Positions 46,644-57,200 of a stretch of DNA of 64,000 bases are shown one piece after another. Numbering within the stretch: the stretch's first letter is position 1; every line of letters starts with the position of its first letter. The notes under the pieces are model-generated. The model saw only the letters and a program-made list of their open reading frames with translations, made no database searches and had not been told where the DNA came from. The DNA comes from Setoptus koraiensis (lineage: Eukaryota > Animalia > Arthropoda). Both the position numbers and the translations under genes were made by a program. Location: the NCBI GenBank assembly GCA_048013815.1, contig CM106585.1, positions 15,562,001-15,626,000 of the forward strand, written 5' to 3'.

Positions 46644-48754
46644 GAAAAGAAGGAGAGAGCTCAGCGAGCCAGCCGATTATGCCTGTGGTTTGTGTGGATG
46701 ATTTGGTGGGAGGCGAAGCAAGAAACAAAATTGAAAAAATATCCGAAACGCAACAAAACAAACAACAAGACGAATATTTGCAAACGGCAACAGGTGCTCG
46801 CGGAGTGTATTCTGGAAAAGAACTGAAGCGACCTCTAGAGGAGCTTAATTATGACCAAGTAAAAAAACAGTTATACTTGTCTCACTACTACGTGATGGAA
46901 CGTGCTGGCGCAAGCGCCAGTGACGGTGGTTGCCATATTAAAACTGACAAACGTGATGATAATACGAGCGCTATCGCAAACGAAAATCATGATACGATTG
47001 CTTCTAGAAAACAGATTGATCAGGAGATAACTCATTCGCCACAAGACAACGACGACGACGACAGCAAATTCATCGATTTTAATGATATTGACAGGCGTTC
47101 AGTGAGACGTGCCCTCAGTGACAGAAAGAATTCCGGCATCAAATCATGTCAGGACGAGCACAGCAACAACAATATTAACGATAATCCAAGCGATTGCGAC
47201 CAAGTAATGAAATTACCAACTGCCAAAGACAACAGCTCATCATCGTTTAGTTATCAAAAGTCTTCGCACCAAGTGCTGGAAAATAATCATTCTGCCGAAC
47301 CAGCATCACAGTCAACAATTAAAACACCAATGCAGCGGACCAACATGAACAGCGACCCCTCCAAATTGATCAAATGTGTCCAAAAGGACCTAGTGTCCGA
47401 TAGGATAAAAAGAATGGAAGAAATGTTAGCCAACGTAACAAACAACAGAGTGACCGTCACAACCACTACCACCACTACTAATACTATTTCTACTACAAGT
47501 AGTAATAACAATAATAATATTGTTGACAAAATCAAGGAGCCCAACTTTGACCACGAAGAAATGCTGTTCGAAGGGAGAGCCAAGAAAAGAGACAATAAAC
47601 CTATCACCGTTGTCTCACCACAAAAGACACGCTCTATGCTTACGTTGCATGTGAGAGAGGAGATGCAATTGACCAAAGAGGAAGAACATCTTTTGGGTAT
47701 TGACGATCCGATTAAAATGAAACAATTACTGCTGGACAATGATTGTAGCCTACATTTGTTTGGGTCCGATGCCTCGCCTACGCTTGACCAGAGACAGGGA
47801 CGCCGCAGGTCTAAATCTTTCAATCAATTGTTGAGCAATTCTGATCCAATCGAAAGGAACAGCAGCAGAGCTACGAGTGGTAATTGTCGCCCTCAAAGCG
47901 TTAGCAACAAACTTGCTGCCACAATTTTACCGCATAACAAGCAACCTGTCCAAAACAATTTTAGCGTTAATGCTATGGACAAAAGTGAGAAAGTGGCCGG
48001 TAGAATCAATCAAGCTGCCACCATCAATTCACAAAAAAATATATTGGTCACTAAAATTGACAACGGCCCACCAAAATCACTGAGCAAAGTGGAACAGCTT
48101 AAGATCGACCTAGCCGAGGCGGCCAGAAAACCCATTGCCATCCGCAGCCCTAAACCCAAGCTTGCAAGCAATCAAATCCATATGGCAACCTCTCACTCAC
48201 CTGAAGTGCAGTGCCAAACCGACAAATCTCTGAAGTTCTCTAATGGCCACAAGATTTCAGAGTTGGATGATAATGTATCAACCAGACGAAAAACTGATAT
48301 TCCGAGTTACCTAAAGAACAGCAAACCATCAAATAATAACGTTACTGCCTCCCCAATCGTTTCGCCTTTCACCCAGAGCAGCATCCAGAACGGCGAAAAG
48401 AAAAATTTTCATTCAGCGCTAGACAAACAGCAAGCGAAGCAGAATATTGTCAACAAACTTGATAGTCTGCTGAACACCAAACACCCAGCAATCAAGGAGG
48501 ATAACCTGTTGCAACGGCAGCAAAACAAGCCACAGGTTGTTGGCAAAAATCAACTGGCGTCAACAAAATTAATTGAATTGTTTGAAATAAAATCTATTGA
48601 CAGCAGTAACAAGCCAGATGCTGATGTGCAACAAAAACATCAAGATACCGCCAACAAATCAGTTAGTGTTTTGCCACCAAAAACAACCAGCTTAGCCATA
48701 AATGATGAAATAACTAGTGATCATAGTCAACATCATGCACCTAGCATATTGTGA
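46644..48754 (+). CDS. Low-complexity ORF (~700 aa), probably a downstream exon of the giant gene
   Basis: Open frame 46562-48754 with the same S/N/T/Q composition; CAG acceptor at 46643 is phase 1 and matches a phase-1 donor at 45808. Confidence 0.55.
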
Positions 48755-49369
48755 GTTGATACGTCACAATTCCAAGTTACTTCTTTTTACCAAATAATCT
48801 TCCTGTTAATCTTTCTATCACTGTCTTTGATACTAATCTCCCTTTTTTAATCTTTGACCCATATCTGCACCAATCTTCGCTTACCAATTTGATCAGACCC
48901 AGAATAGAGGGACGAATAAAAGGAGCTAAAAACAGACGAGCATCAAAGTTTGGCAATCCGGTCAAGTCGTTGATGGCGAGAAATTTAGATATATCCCCGA
49001 CAGACAATTAGATGTTGCTCTCAGAATGTCTACCATATACCCCACCTGTGGATTGCAGAGGCACTTAAGGAGTTAGGAGTCGATAAAGTGACATAAATGC
49101 CATAATTTCATTCAGGACAAAGTTATCTGTGTATAGTTGTATATATCTTGGTTATAACTTCTACCCAACAGACAAATGAATATTGAATTATTGAGACATA
49201 CATCATTGTGCTACAATAACTGAGGTAATCTGCAGACGCTCACTATACCATACACTCAGGTTATACTACTGTTACACATGACGCATTTTTTTTTCTATTA
49301 AAATTGATTCGATGTTAAGTCGCAAGTCGACTGTGATTGTCATCAGCATGTTATACGGATCACCGTGCC

Positions 49370-49621
49370 CTTAATTCACTTGTAATAGTTGATTAAAACA
49401 ATCGCAACATAATTAGTTTGGGATCTCGTTCATAGTGATGTATTTAGGCCACCTCGACATGCTTGCATGTAATACCAGAGAGTGGTATTTTGTTAATGAC
49501 CGTTGTGGATCATTTATAGCCTATAGCTTATTTTTTCGCCCTCCTGGGTTTTCTGTTCTCACCATCTAGAGCTCCTTGACTTATGCCTTAGTCTTATTTG
49601 CTCATCTAAGAACTTCAGCAG
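49370..49621 (+). pseudogene. Decayed, inverted fragment of a TM9SF2-like gene
   Basis: gttcatagtgatgtatttaggccacctcgacatgc (49428-49462) differs at 2 of 35 nt from the TM9SF2 coding strand and encodes VHSDVFRPPRHA. Similarity resumes at about 49528-49621, with indels and a stop. Confidence 0.85.
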
Positions 49622-49954
49622 TTGAGATGACTAGCATAACTCACGAGGCCTCGTTCTGATGGCTTGATCTTAGCTATAGGCTGACTCAATCTAACAACTT
49701 CAGACGATCGAGCCTTTCAATGGACACCGAGATGATCAAAAGCTCATATAGCGCATGGTTGAACTTGTTGATCAGCTGTTGTTGGATAAATTATGATTGG
49801 AGTAGAAAAGTTTGCCATGTAGATAAAATAATAAAGATAATCATATAATGATTGATTTATTGATACTTGATGGGAATTATCAGCGCAATATGATCGTTGA
49901 TTGAGCATCAACTCACAAATCAAAAGTCTGCTACCGTGTCTTGCATAGATGGTC

Positions 49955-51295
49955 TCATCGGCGCTCTCTTGGACGCATCTTGCCTTCTTTACTTTGAGAG
50001 GGGGTCGGCAAGAATTCTTTCATGGCTAGCTCCCAGCGGGACGACAATTCCGATCTCATTTTTAAAGCGGCCTGGTGTGTAGCATGATTCTCCGGGTAAA
50101 ACATGCAGGCATTTTGGAACATGAGTAACAAATTATTTTGTAATTCGATCGGGTTGTCCCATGTGTCCATTTTCTTTTTGAGTTGAGCGAGGTCAATTGG
50201 TTTATAGATGACTGAGTTGTACATTTCTGTGTCAGGCTGTCCCACTGGCTTGTCCAATAATTTTATATTATCATGTTTCTTGGTATCTCTCAATATCATG
50301 GCCATAACTCTCTTAATACTCTGTTTGTTGCTCTCAGATTGTTGACGGTTCGATTCGCGGCGTGTTGTAGCTCTGATAGGTTTGGTATCAGATGATTTGT
50401 TCAAAGAGTCGTTGGCATCCAAACTCAGTTTCTCTGTCTCTTTTTCCTCAACGACAGCGGTCTTAGATGCCTTAGTGTCGTCTTTGACCTCTTCTTTGCT
50501 GGAACTTTGTTTGTTGCTCTCGGATTGTTGGCGGTTTGATTCGCGACGAGTTGAAGTTCTAATCGGTTTAGTATCAGACAATTTATTCAAGGAATCGTTG
50601 GCGTCCAAGTTCGATTTGTCAGCTTCTTTTGCTTCTACGATAGTGACCTTGGATACTCTGGTATCGTCTTTGATCTCGTCCTTAGTACTGTGTTTGTTAC
50701 TTTCAGATTGTTGACGGTTTGATTCGCGGCGCGTAGAAGCTCTGATCGGTTTGTTATCGGACGATTTGTTCATGGAATCGTTGATGTCTAAGCTCAGCTT
50801 CTCTGTGGCTGTGTCAGTCTCTTTTGCTTCAACGGGACTCTCAATCGAATCGTTCTTTCGTTTAGTCTCCTCAGCATCTTCTCTCATTTGCTGCACCTTC
50901 TTCTCTATCCTAGCTCTATCCTGTGGTGATGCTTTTGCACTCCTAAGCAATTCTAAATCACTTTTTAAAGCTAATAACGTTTTTCGTTTCTCAGGCAAAT
51001 CTTTTCTGAGCTCGTCCAATCGTCGTTCGGCTAATTTTCTATAAATCTTCTGACGGTATATCGTTGGATCTGAAACATGTGAGTGCCGTTTTGAGCGGCC
51101 CCTCAAAAATAGTGCCAGCTCGGGATCTTCTTCTTTTAGTTTCTCGTATTTAGCGGCACAATGATTCGGCAGAATATCAGTGGATCTATCACTTTCTATA
51201 AACGATCGAATACTTGACTTCACAGATAGCCATTGTTCGTTATGCTCTATAGCTAACGAAGCCAGTAAGAGCTCATCCTTTGTGGTCCATTCCAT
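49955..51295 (-). CDS. BRD8: BRD8 (TIP60/NuA4 subunit) with an internal tandem repeat and an atypical bromodomain
   Basis: N-terminus WTTKDELLLAS...QWLSV...HCAAKY and RKLAERRLDEL match BRD8; bromodomain YNSVIYKPIDL...LLLMFQNACMF...H. Confidence 0.8.
   Translation of the reverse strand: MEWTTKDELLLASLAIEHNEQWLSVKSSIRSFIESDRSTDILPNHCAAKYEKLKEEDPELALFLRGRSKRHSHVSDPTIYRQKIYRKLAERRLDELRKDLPEKRKTLLALKSDLELLRSAKASPQDRARIEKKVQQMREDAEETKRKNDSIESPVEAKETDTATEKLSLDINDSMNKSSDNKPIRASTRRESNRQQSESNKHSTKDEIKDDTRVSKVTIVEAKEADKSNLDANDSLNKLSDTKPIRTSTRRESNRQQSESNKQSSSKEEVKDDTKASKTAVVEEKETEKLSLDANDSLNKSSDTKPIRATTRRESNRQQSESNKQSIKRVMAMILRDTKKHDNIKLLDKPVGQPDTEMYNSVIYKPIDLAQLKKKMDTWDNPIELQNNLLLMFQNACMFYPENHATHQAALKMRSELSSRWELAMKEFLPTPSQSKEGKMRPRERR
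50318..50806 (-). repeat. Coding tandem repeat in BRD8: units of 183 and 186 nt plus a 120-nt partial unit
   Basis: Three copies of (T/A)(E/D)K.(S/N)LD.NDS.NK.SD.KPIR..TRRESNRQQSESNK. Confidence 0.95.
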
Positions 51296-51811
51296 GGTTT
51301 AGAATGATTAAAATTAATAATGTATTATTATTAGTAATTGGCGTGACTATTACGAGCAGTAAACAGCCAAGCGCTCCATTCCACAATGCAAGTCCTAACG
51401 CATCAACTAGTCACATGTTTTCTATTTTTTCTCAAATAACGTGCATTCTGCTCATGGCGCAAATTCAAAAAATCGTGGATATTGAAAATTACATATGAAT
51501 ATTCATGAATGGGTTCATTTCAATTCACTTGAAAATTTTGTATATAGCACGTGTTCCTAGTTGAATAAACAATGTGCTCCATATCGCGCCTTAATTGGCA
51601 AGTACAAAGACCTGTTTTCTCAAGTTCAAATGTGTCCGTTGTACCACACGGTATACTACGATTAATCTATTCGTCAAAACAACAATCGTACAATGTGATA
51701 CACACCAAGATTATCCTTCGAGCAATATCGGACAAATGGTTACGAATACTCTCTTTCATTAGTATTTTTATTTATGTGATAAACAGCTTACGCCACAATT
51801 AACCACCAACC

Positions 51812-52705
51812 ATGTCTCAACAATCTATAACTTCATTCTTTGTCAAAAGACCAGCCACCGACGCAGCCAATTCACCCAAAAGACAATGTGTCACTCCAAC
51901 TAAATCAGACACACCAAAAAAGAAAGGTGATGAAGGCGATGATTTCAAGACCCCCACCCTTTACATTTCACCAACTATCGACATTAATGTTGTTATTGCT
52001 AACACCATTAAGCGGGGAGCGTTTGCCTTACACTCTAATATTGGAACAACCTGGTTCAGGGCTCTCCAAGCTGAGTTTAACAAAGACTATTTTTATAAAC
52101 TGAGTAGATTCGTGAAAGAGCAAAGAAACTCGCGCCAAGTATTTCCCCCTGAGGACATGGTATTCAGTTGGACTCATCATCATGACATACGAGCCACAAG
52201 AGTTGTTATTATTGGCCAAGACCCATATCACGGGTCTAAACAGGCGCATGGCCTCAGTTTTAGCGTTCAGAAAGGGATTGCGAAGCCTCCAAGTCTCATC
52301 AACATATTTAAAGAATTAGAAGATGATGTGAAAGGATTTACATCACCAAGTCACGGAGATCTCACGGGATGGGCGAAGCAAGGAGTACTAATGCTCAACG
52401 CATGCCTTACCGTAAATGCTGGACAAGCTAACAGTCATGCCAATCAAGGTTGGGAAACGTTTACGGACCAAGTCATATCATGGCTGAGCAAAAATCTGAA
52501 AGGACCCATCGTCTTCTTATTGTGGGGTGCATATGCTCAAAAGAAGAGATCTTTGATAGGTGCTCGGCACAAAACGCTGACCGGTGTTCATCCTAGCCCA
52601 CTTTCGGCTCATCGTGGATTCTTCGGTTGTAAACATTTCTCCAAGACTAACGAATTATTACGTCAGGCAGGTCTACCCGAAATAGACTGGAAAAAACTTG
52701 ACTGA
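51812..52705 (+). CDS. UNG: Uracil-DNA glycosylase (family 1), single exon
   Basis: PIP box QQSITSFF, catalytic GQDPYH, PPSLINIFKEL, GVLMLNACLTV, HPSPLS. Confidence 0.97.
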   Translation: MSQQSITSFFVKRPATDAANSPKRQCVTPTKSDTPKKKGDEGDDFKTPTLYISPTIDINVVIANTIKRGAFALHSNIGTTWFRALQAEFNKDYFYKLSRFVKEQRNSRQVFPPEDMVFSWTHHHDIRATRVVIIGQDPYHGSKQAHGLSFSVQKGIAKPPSLINIFKELEDDVKGFTSPSHGDLTGWAKQGVLMLNACLTVNAGQANSHANQGWETFTDQVISWLSKNLKGPIVFLLWGAYAQKKRSLIGARHKTLTGVHPSPLSAHRGFFGCKHFSKTNELLRQAGLPEIDWKKLD

Positions 52706-52943
52706 AGTACAATGTAGACAAAATGTGATTGGGAGGTGTGCAGATGTGATCCCCAAACCTCTGGATTCTGAGATACTTTGCTATCCAGTTTTATTCCGAG
52801 CCGCAAACGTTTATTGCTGCCAAACATGGCGAAATAAAGAACCAGATAATTGACAATCTACAAACACATGTGTTTATCTCATTTAATTTAATCTAATCAC
52901 TCAAGATCGTGGTTTCCGCTTGCCTGTCAATGATGAACTCAAT

Positions 52944-53965
52944 CTATGGACTGCTGAAAAACACCTGTTCGGTATTCTGGTAGATTTGTTCGGCCAATTC
53001 CGATATGTCCTCTTGTCGAATTTCAGACAGTACTTCTAAAACTTGTATCAAATTAGAAGGTTCATTCCTTTCTCTCACCGGTAGTTTGGGAGCTGATTGT
53101 ATACTCTTCAATTTGACGCTTGGCGGGTTTGTTTTGACATGTTTGAAGCTAGCGTGAGATTGTTTAATACCACACCATGGACAGTCTGGAGAATGGGTTG
53201 AAGAACATGATTATTATTATGATCTAGATTAACGAGTACTTTTAAAGTCGATGGTAGACGAGATATTAATAAGTTATTAACTCTACCTGTTTCAATCATC
53301 AGTAATTCTTTAGGTATCCCGGCGACAACTTCAATGTTCGCTTCGGTCTTCAAAGAGCAACCGTTGATACCTATATGCAAATCAAGATCAATTATCTTAT
53401 TTACATCCTCTTTTGTTCCATCAAACGAATGAACCACTCCTCTATGGAATTTATCACGGTTCCTAGATAGAATGTGAAAAAAGTCATCGCTGGAGGCCCT
53501 ATTATGGAGAAACAGGGGTAATCCAGTATTCTCGGCTAGACTCAACTGCAGTTCAAAATATCTCTGCTGAATTTCTTTCGGACAGAAATGTAATCTATCA
53601 TAGTCCAATCCAATTTCTCCGACGGCAACAACTTTTGATCTAGACGAATTTATGAGATCTCGCAGATTTTTCAGATAATCTTCCGGACCAGATGCATGAT
53701 CTTCGAATTCTTTACATCGAGTCGGATGACAACCAACTGTGGAGTATAGGTTGTCATGTTCTTGTGATAAAGAGATTGCTTTCTGGCTTTCAGAGAGGTT
53801 GCCTCCAGTGATAATGATTTTTTCCACAGCATTTTCATTGGCTCGAACAATCACACTGGAGTAATCAGATTCGTGCTTACGCTTCGAGTTATATATACCT
53901 TGGAACATGGGGTCCGTCAGGTTTGCTCCAATATCGATCATCCGTTTGACTACCTGTCTAGCCAT
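52944..53965 (-). CDS. TATDN1: TatD DNase TATDN1; exons 53287-53965 and 52944-53185
   Basis: IDIGANLTDPMF, STVGCHPT, GEIGLDYDR, LPLFLHNR, GVVHSFDG, ET|DCPWC, RNEP; 101-nt phase-1 intron. Confidence 0.93.
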
Positions 53966-54253
53966 GTTGAAATTATTGTAAATATGCAATGTTTTGGAAC
54001 GATACATGCGATACCGAAGCCCAATTAGACATATTCTTGCTATCCGAATAAGTTTAACGCGCGGGGTTTAAAACTTCAAAATCTTAAAACTTCGAAGTCA
54101 GAAAAAAGATGGCCAGTTGTGAGTGACAAGTTAAATTTAGTTTAGTTAGCAGCTACAGAAGTTCAGAGATGTTCGATTGACTATCCAAGCGCGATCAGGT
54201 CAGTCACGACGTTCATCTAGCATTAGAATTATTAGGTGAACGAATCGAAGCAG

Positions 54254-57200
54254 TCAATGTTCTTCTTTTGAATCTTGAGATGTAACTGCTTCCTGTTTCT
54301 GCAGGGCCTGCTGCTTCCATCGCCTCCAACTATTTTGTATAAGTCTGGCGCAATAGTGTTGCCGTTGAAGTAAATAGGTTGTTGTCAACTTCTCAAATTG
54401 AGCCTGCAATTCATAATATATTATTTTGAGAAACTGTTAAATTGAGGATTCTCCCGAAAAGAAGTCTTAATTTAAAAGATTTCCTCTTACCTTGTGGAGA
54501 GTTGTTTGAACCTGTTGAAGTTGTTCATTCCCTTGGATGATAAGACCTTTCCTGGTGAAGAAATGCTTGGTCAGAGCGTCTAGTATATCCACGCAGTAGC
54601 AGATGTCATCCTTGTAAACAGGTATATCTAATAGTACGAGTGCTAAAGTGTTGGGCTTCGGAATCCTAAGTGGATCTTCTAGCGCATCAACAAAATCGGC
54701 TAGTTTCACATAAGGCAAAAATTGTGTACCTTTCGGATCAAATTTTTGCCAAATCTCATAGTACATATCGTAGTCATCATCTGTGAGGCCTTCTTGAACC
54801 TCCTCCGTTGCTTGGCTATAGTTCTCCAGAATCACAGCGATATACATGTTGATTATGATTAGAAATGTCACTATCACGTACGATACTAGATAGGCAATAG
54901 CGATCCCTTTATTACCACAAGTCCCCTCAATGTTGTTCACTGGATCTGCTTGCTCACAGTTATTTTCGTCATCCATGAGCGGATCGAGAACGAGATCCCA
55001 ACCCGCAGAGGTAGACATCTGAAATAGCAATGTGAGAGAGCTGAAGAAGGTACCAAAATTAAACGTTTCATCGATGCCCGCCCTAGGCCTGACATTCATG
55101 AAGAAAGACATACCAAATATGGCGTAAATAAACATGACCAGGAATAAAAGAAGGCAAATGTTAAATAGAGCTGGTAATGACATGGCCAATGCAAATAATA
55201 GTGTCCGGATTCCTTTTGCTCCCTTAACCAATCTAAGAACTCGTCCCACTTTTACGACTCTAACTACACGCAGTAATGTTGGTGAAACTAGATACTTGGC
55301 GATATATTCTTTCATAACAACTCCTAGAATCGATAGAATCACCACACAAGAATCGAAAATATTCCATGGCTCACGGAAGTAGAAATGGCGCATAGCGAAT
55401 ATTTTGAGCAAGCTCTCTATAGTGAATATAGCAATAAAAATCAAATTGAGGCGCTCCAGGACCATCGTGAAATAAGCCGATTGTCCATAATGTTCTAAGG
55501 CCATAACAAACATATTCAATCCAATGAATACCATTATCACCATATCGAATTTTTTATCTGTTGTCACGTCGAAGACCCAAGCCTGGAATCTAAATTTTGG
55601 TCTCGTCATGGCTCTGACAGGTTTCTTTGATCGCATTTTTTTCATTGCATTATAATACTTTTTTTGATCTTCTGTCATGAATATTTCAAGTGATCCACCT
55701 GTTTTCTTCTTTTGTTCGTTGAAATTGTCAATGATCACACCAATAAAGAGGTTGAGTGTGAAAAATGAACCAAATATCACGAAGAACACAAAGTAAAAGT
55801 ACATGTAGATGTTAGCTTCGCGACTTGGTTGTTCATCTCTCAATCGAGAGTCCGTTGCACTGTTCATGATGTCGATCCATCCTTTAAAAGTTGCCTGTAA
55901 AGATTACGACGAGTATATCAGTAAGTTAGTTTGCTGATCAGACAACTATGAATGATAATAATTACAGAGGAATTTATCTAATAATTATAAAGTCGTCGAG
56001 TTCTATTGTCATTTGGATAATTGTATCATTTGATTATAAGAATATCTTACCACTTGAAACAGAGCTAGATAAGCATTTAGAACATTGTCGAAATTGATCT
56101 GTGGATTTGACCATGTGTGGTTTTTCATCAGGCACTCTTGACGTGTTGGAACTTCGCTATAGTCTAACACCTCTTGATTGTTATCCACACAACGATGAAA
56201 TTTCCCTCCGAACATTTGGACACCCATTATGGCAAATATTAGCCAGAATATCAGACAAACTAGCAGCACATTGAATATAGCTGGTATCGCTTGTATGAGG
56301 GCATTCACTACGACTCGCATACCCTGAAATCTTGATAGAGCCCTCAGCGGCCTCAGTCCTCTCATGGCTCTCAATGTTCGCATGGTCTTGAGTGCTTGAA
56401 TTTTTCCACTGCCTAATAATGATGCCATCAGATTGACAAATGATACAAGCACTATCACAAAATCTAGCCAACTCCAAATATTCTCAAAATATCTCCGGAA
56501 ACCAAAAGCACACCATTTCATAAGCATTTCTAACGAAAATACTAGAGTGAATATATTGTCCAACATATCGAGTATTATTTTTAGAGTTGGTCTGGTCTTG
56601 AGATGCTTGTCTTCAAGAGCCAGTGTACACGAGCTCACTACGATCAATATTAAGATCAAAGTATCAAAGTATCTGTGCTCAACTATTTTGCGCATGAAAC
56701 GCCTAAATAGAAACCACCTCAAACAGAGGCTACCAAAGCAGATACTTTTCCTCATCAGCATGTCGATATATTCTAAATCGCGCTCATCCTCTTCTTCCAT
56801 GTCTTCTTTGTCTGGACCTTGTAGATAATAAGTAGTTTTGGACGGTGCTCTCTCATGCACTGATTCTTCGTCTTCTTTTGTTTGTGGACTATCTATTGGA
56901 GGACATTGAATCGTTATAGTTACATCTGTTGTTCCAGCATCCGTCTTCTGGTTCTGTTGGTTATCATTGTTATCGATAATAGATGTTTTTCCGTTACTAT
57001 CTATCGAAGAATTGTCAAGAGAATCTTCTTTAATAGGCTGCATGGCTTCATTCATGTATGCACTGGTTGCACTTGCACATGACATTGGTGGCAGATCGCC
57101 TGCGAGACGCACGCACGACCCCATCTTGGTATCAGCGTTGTTCAATTTGTTACAAGATCTCAGAGATGTTAAAGCTATACTTTGCCGCCTATTTTTTGTT

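Noticed and set aside
50318-50806. Regularly spaced repeats as a CRISPR-like array
   Set aside because: They are in-frame coding repeats of a eukaryotic gene with no unique spacers.
51454-51475. GGCGC-AAA-TTCAAA as a CDE/CHR or E2F cell-cycle element in the BRD8/UNG promoter
   Set aside because: Short degenerate motif with no TSS or conservation data to support it.
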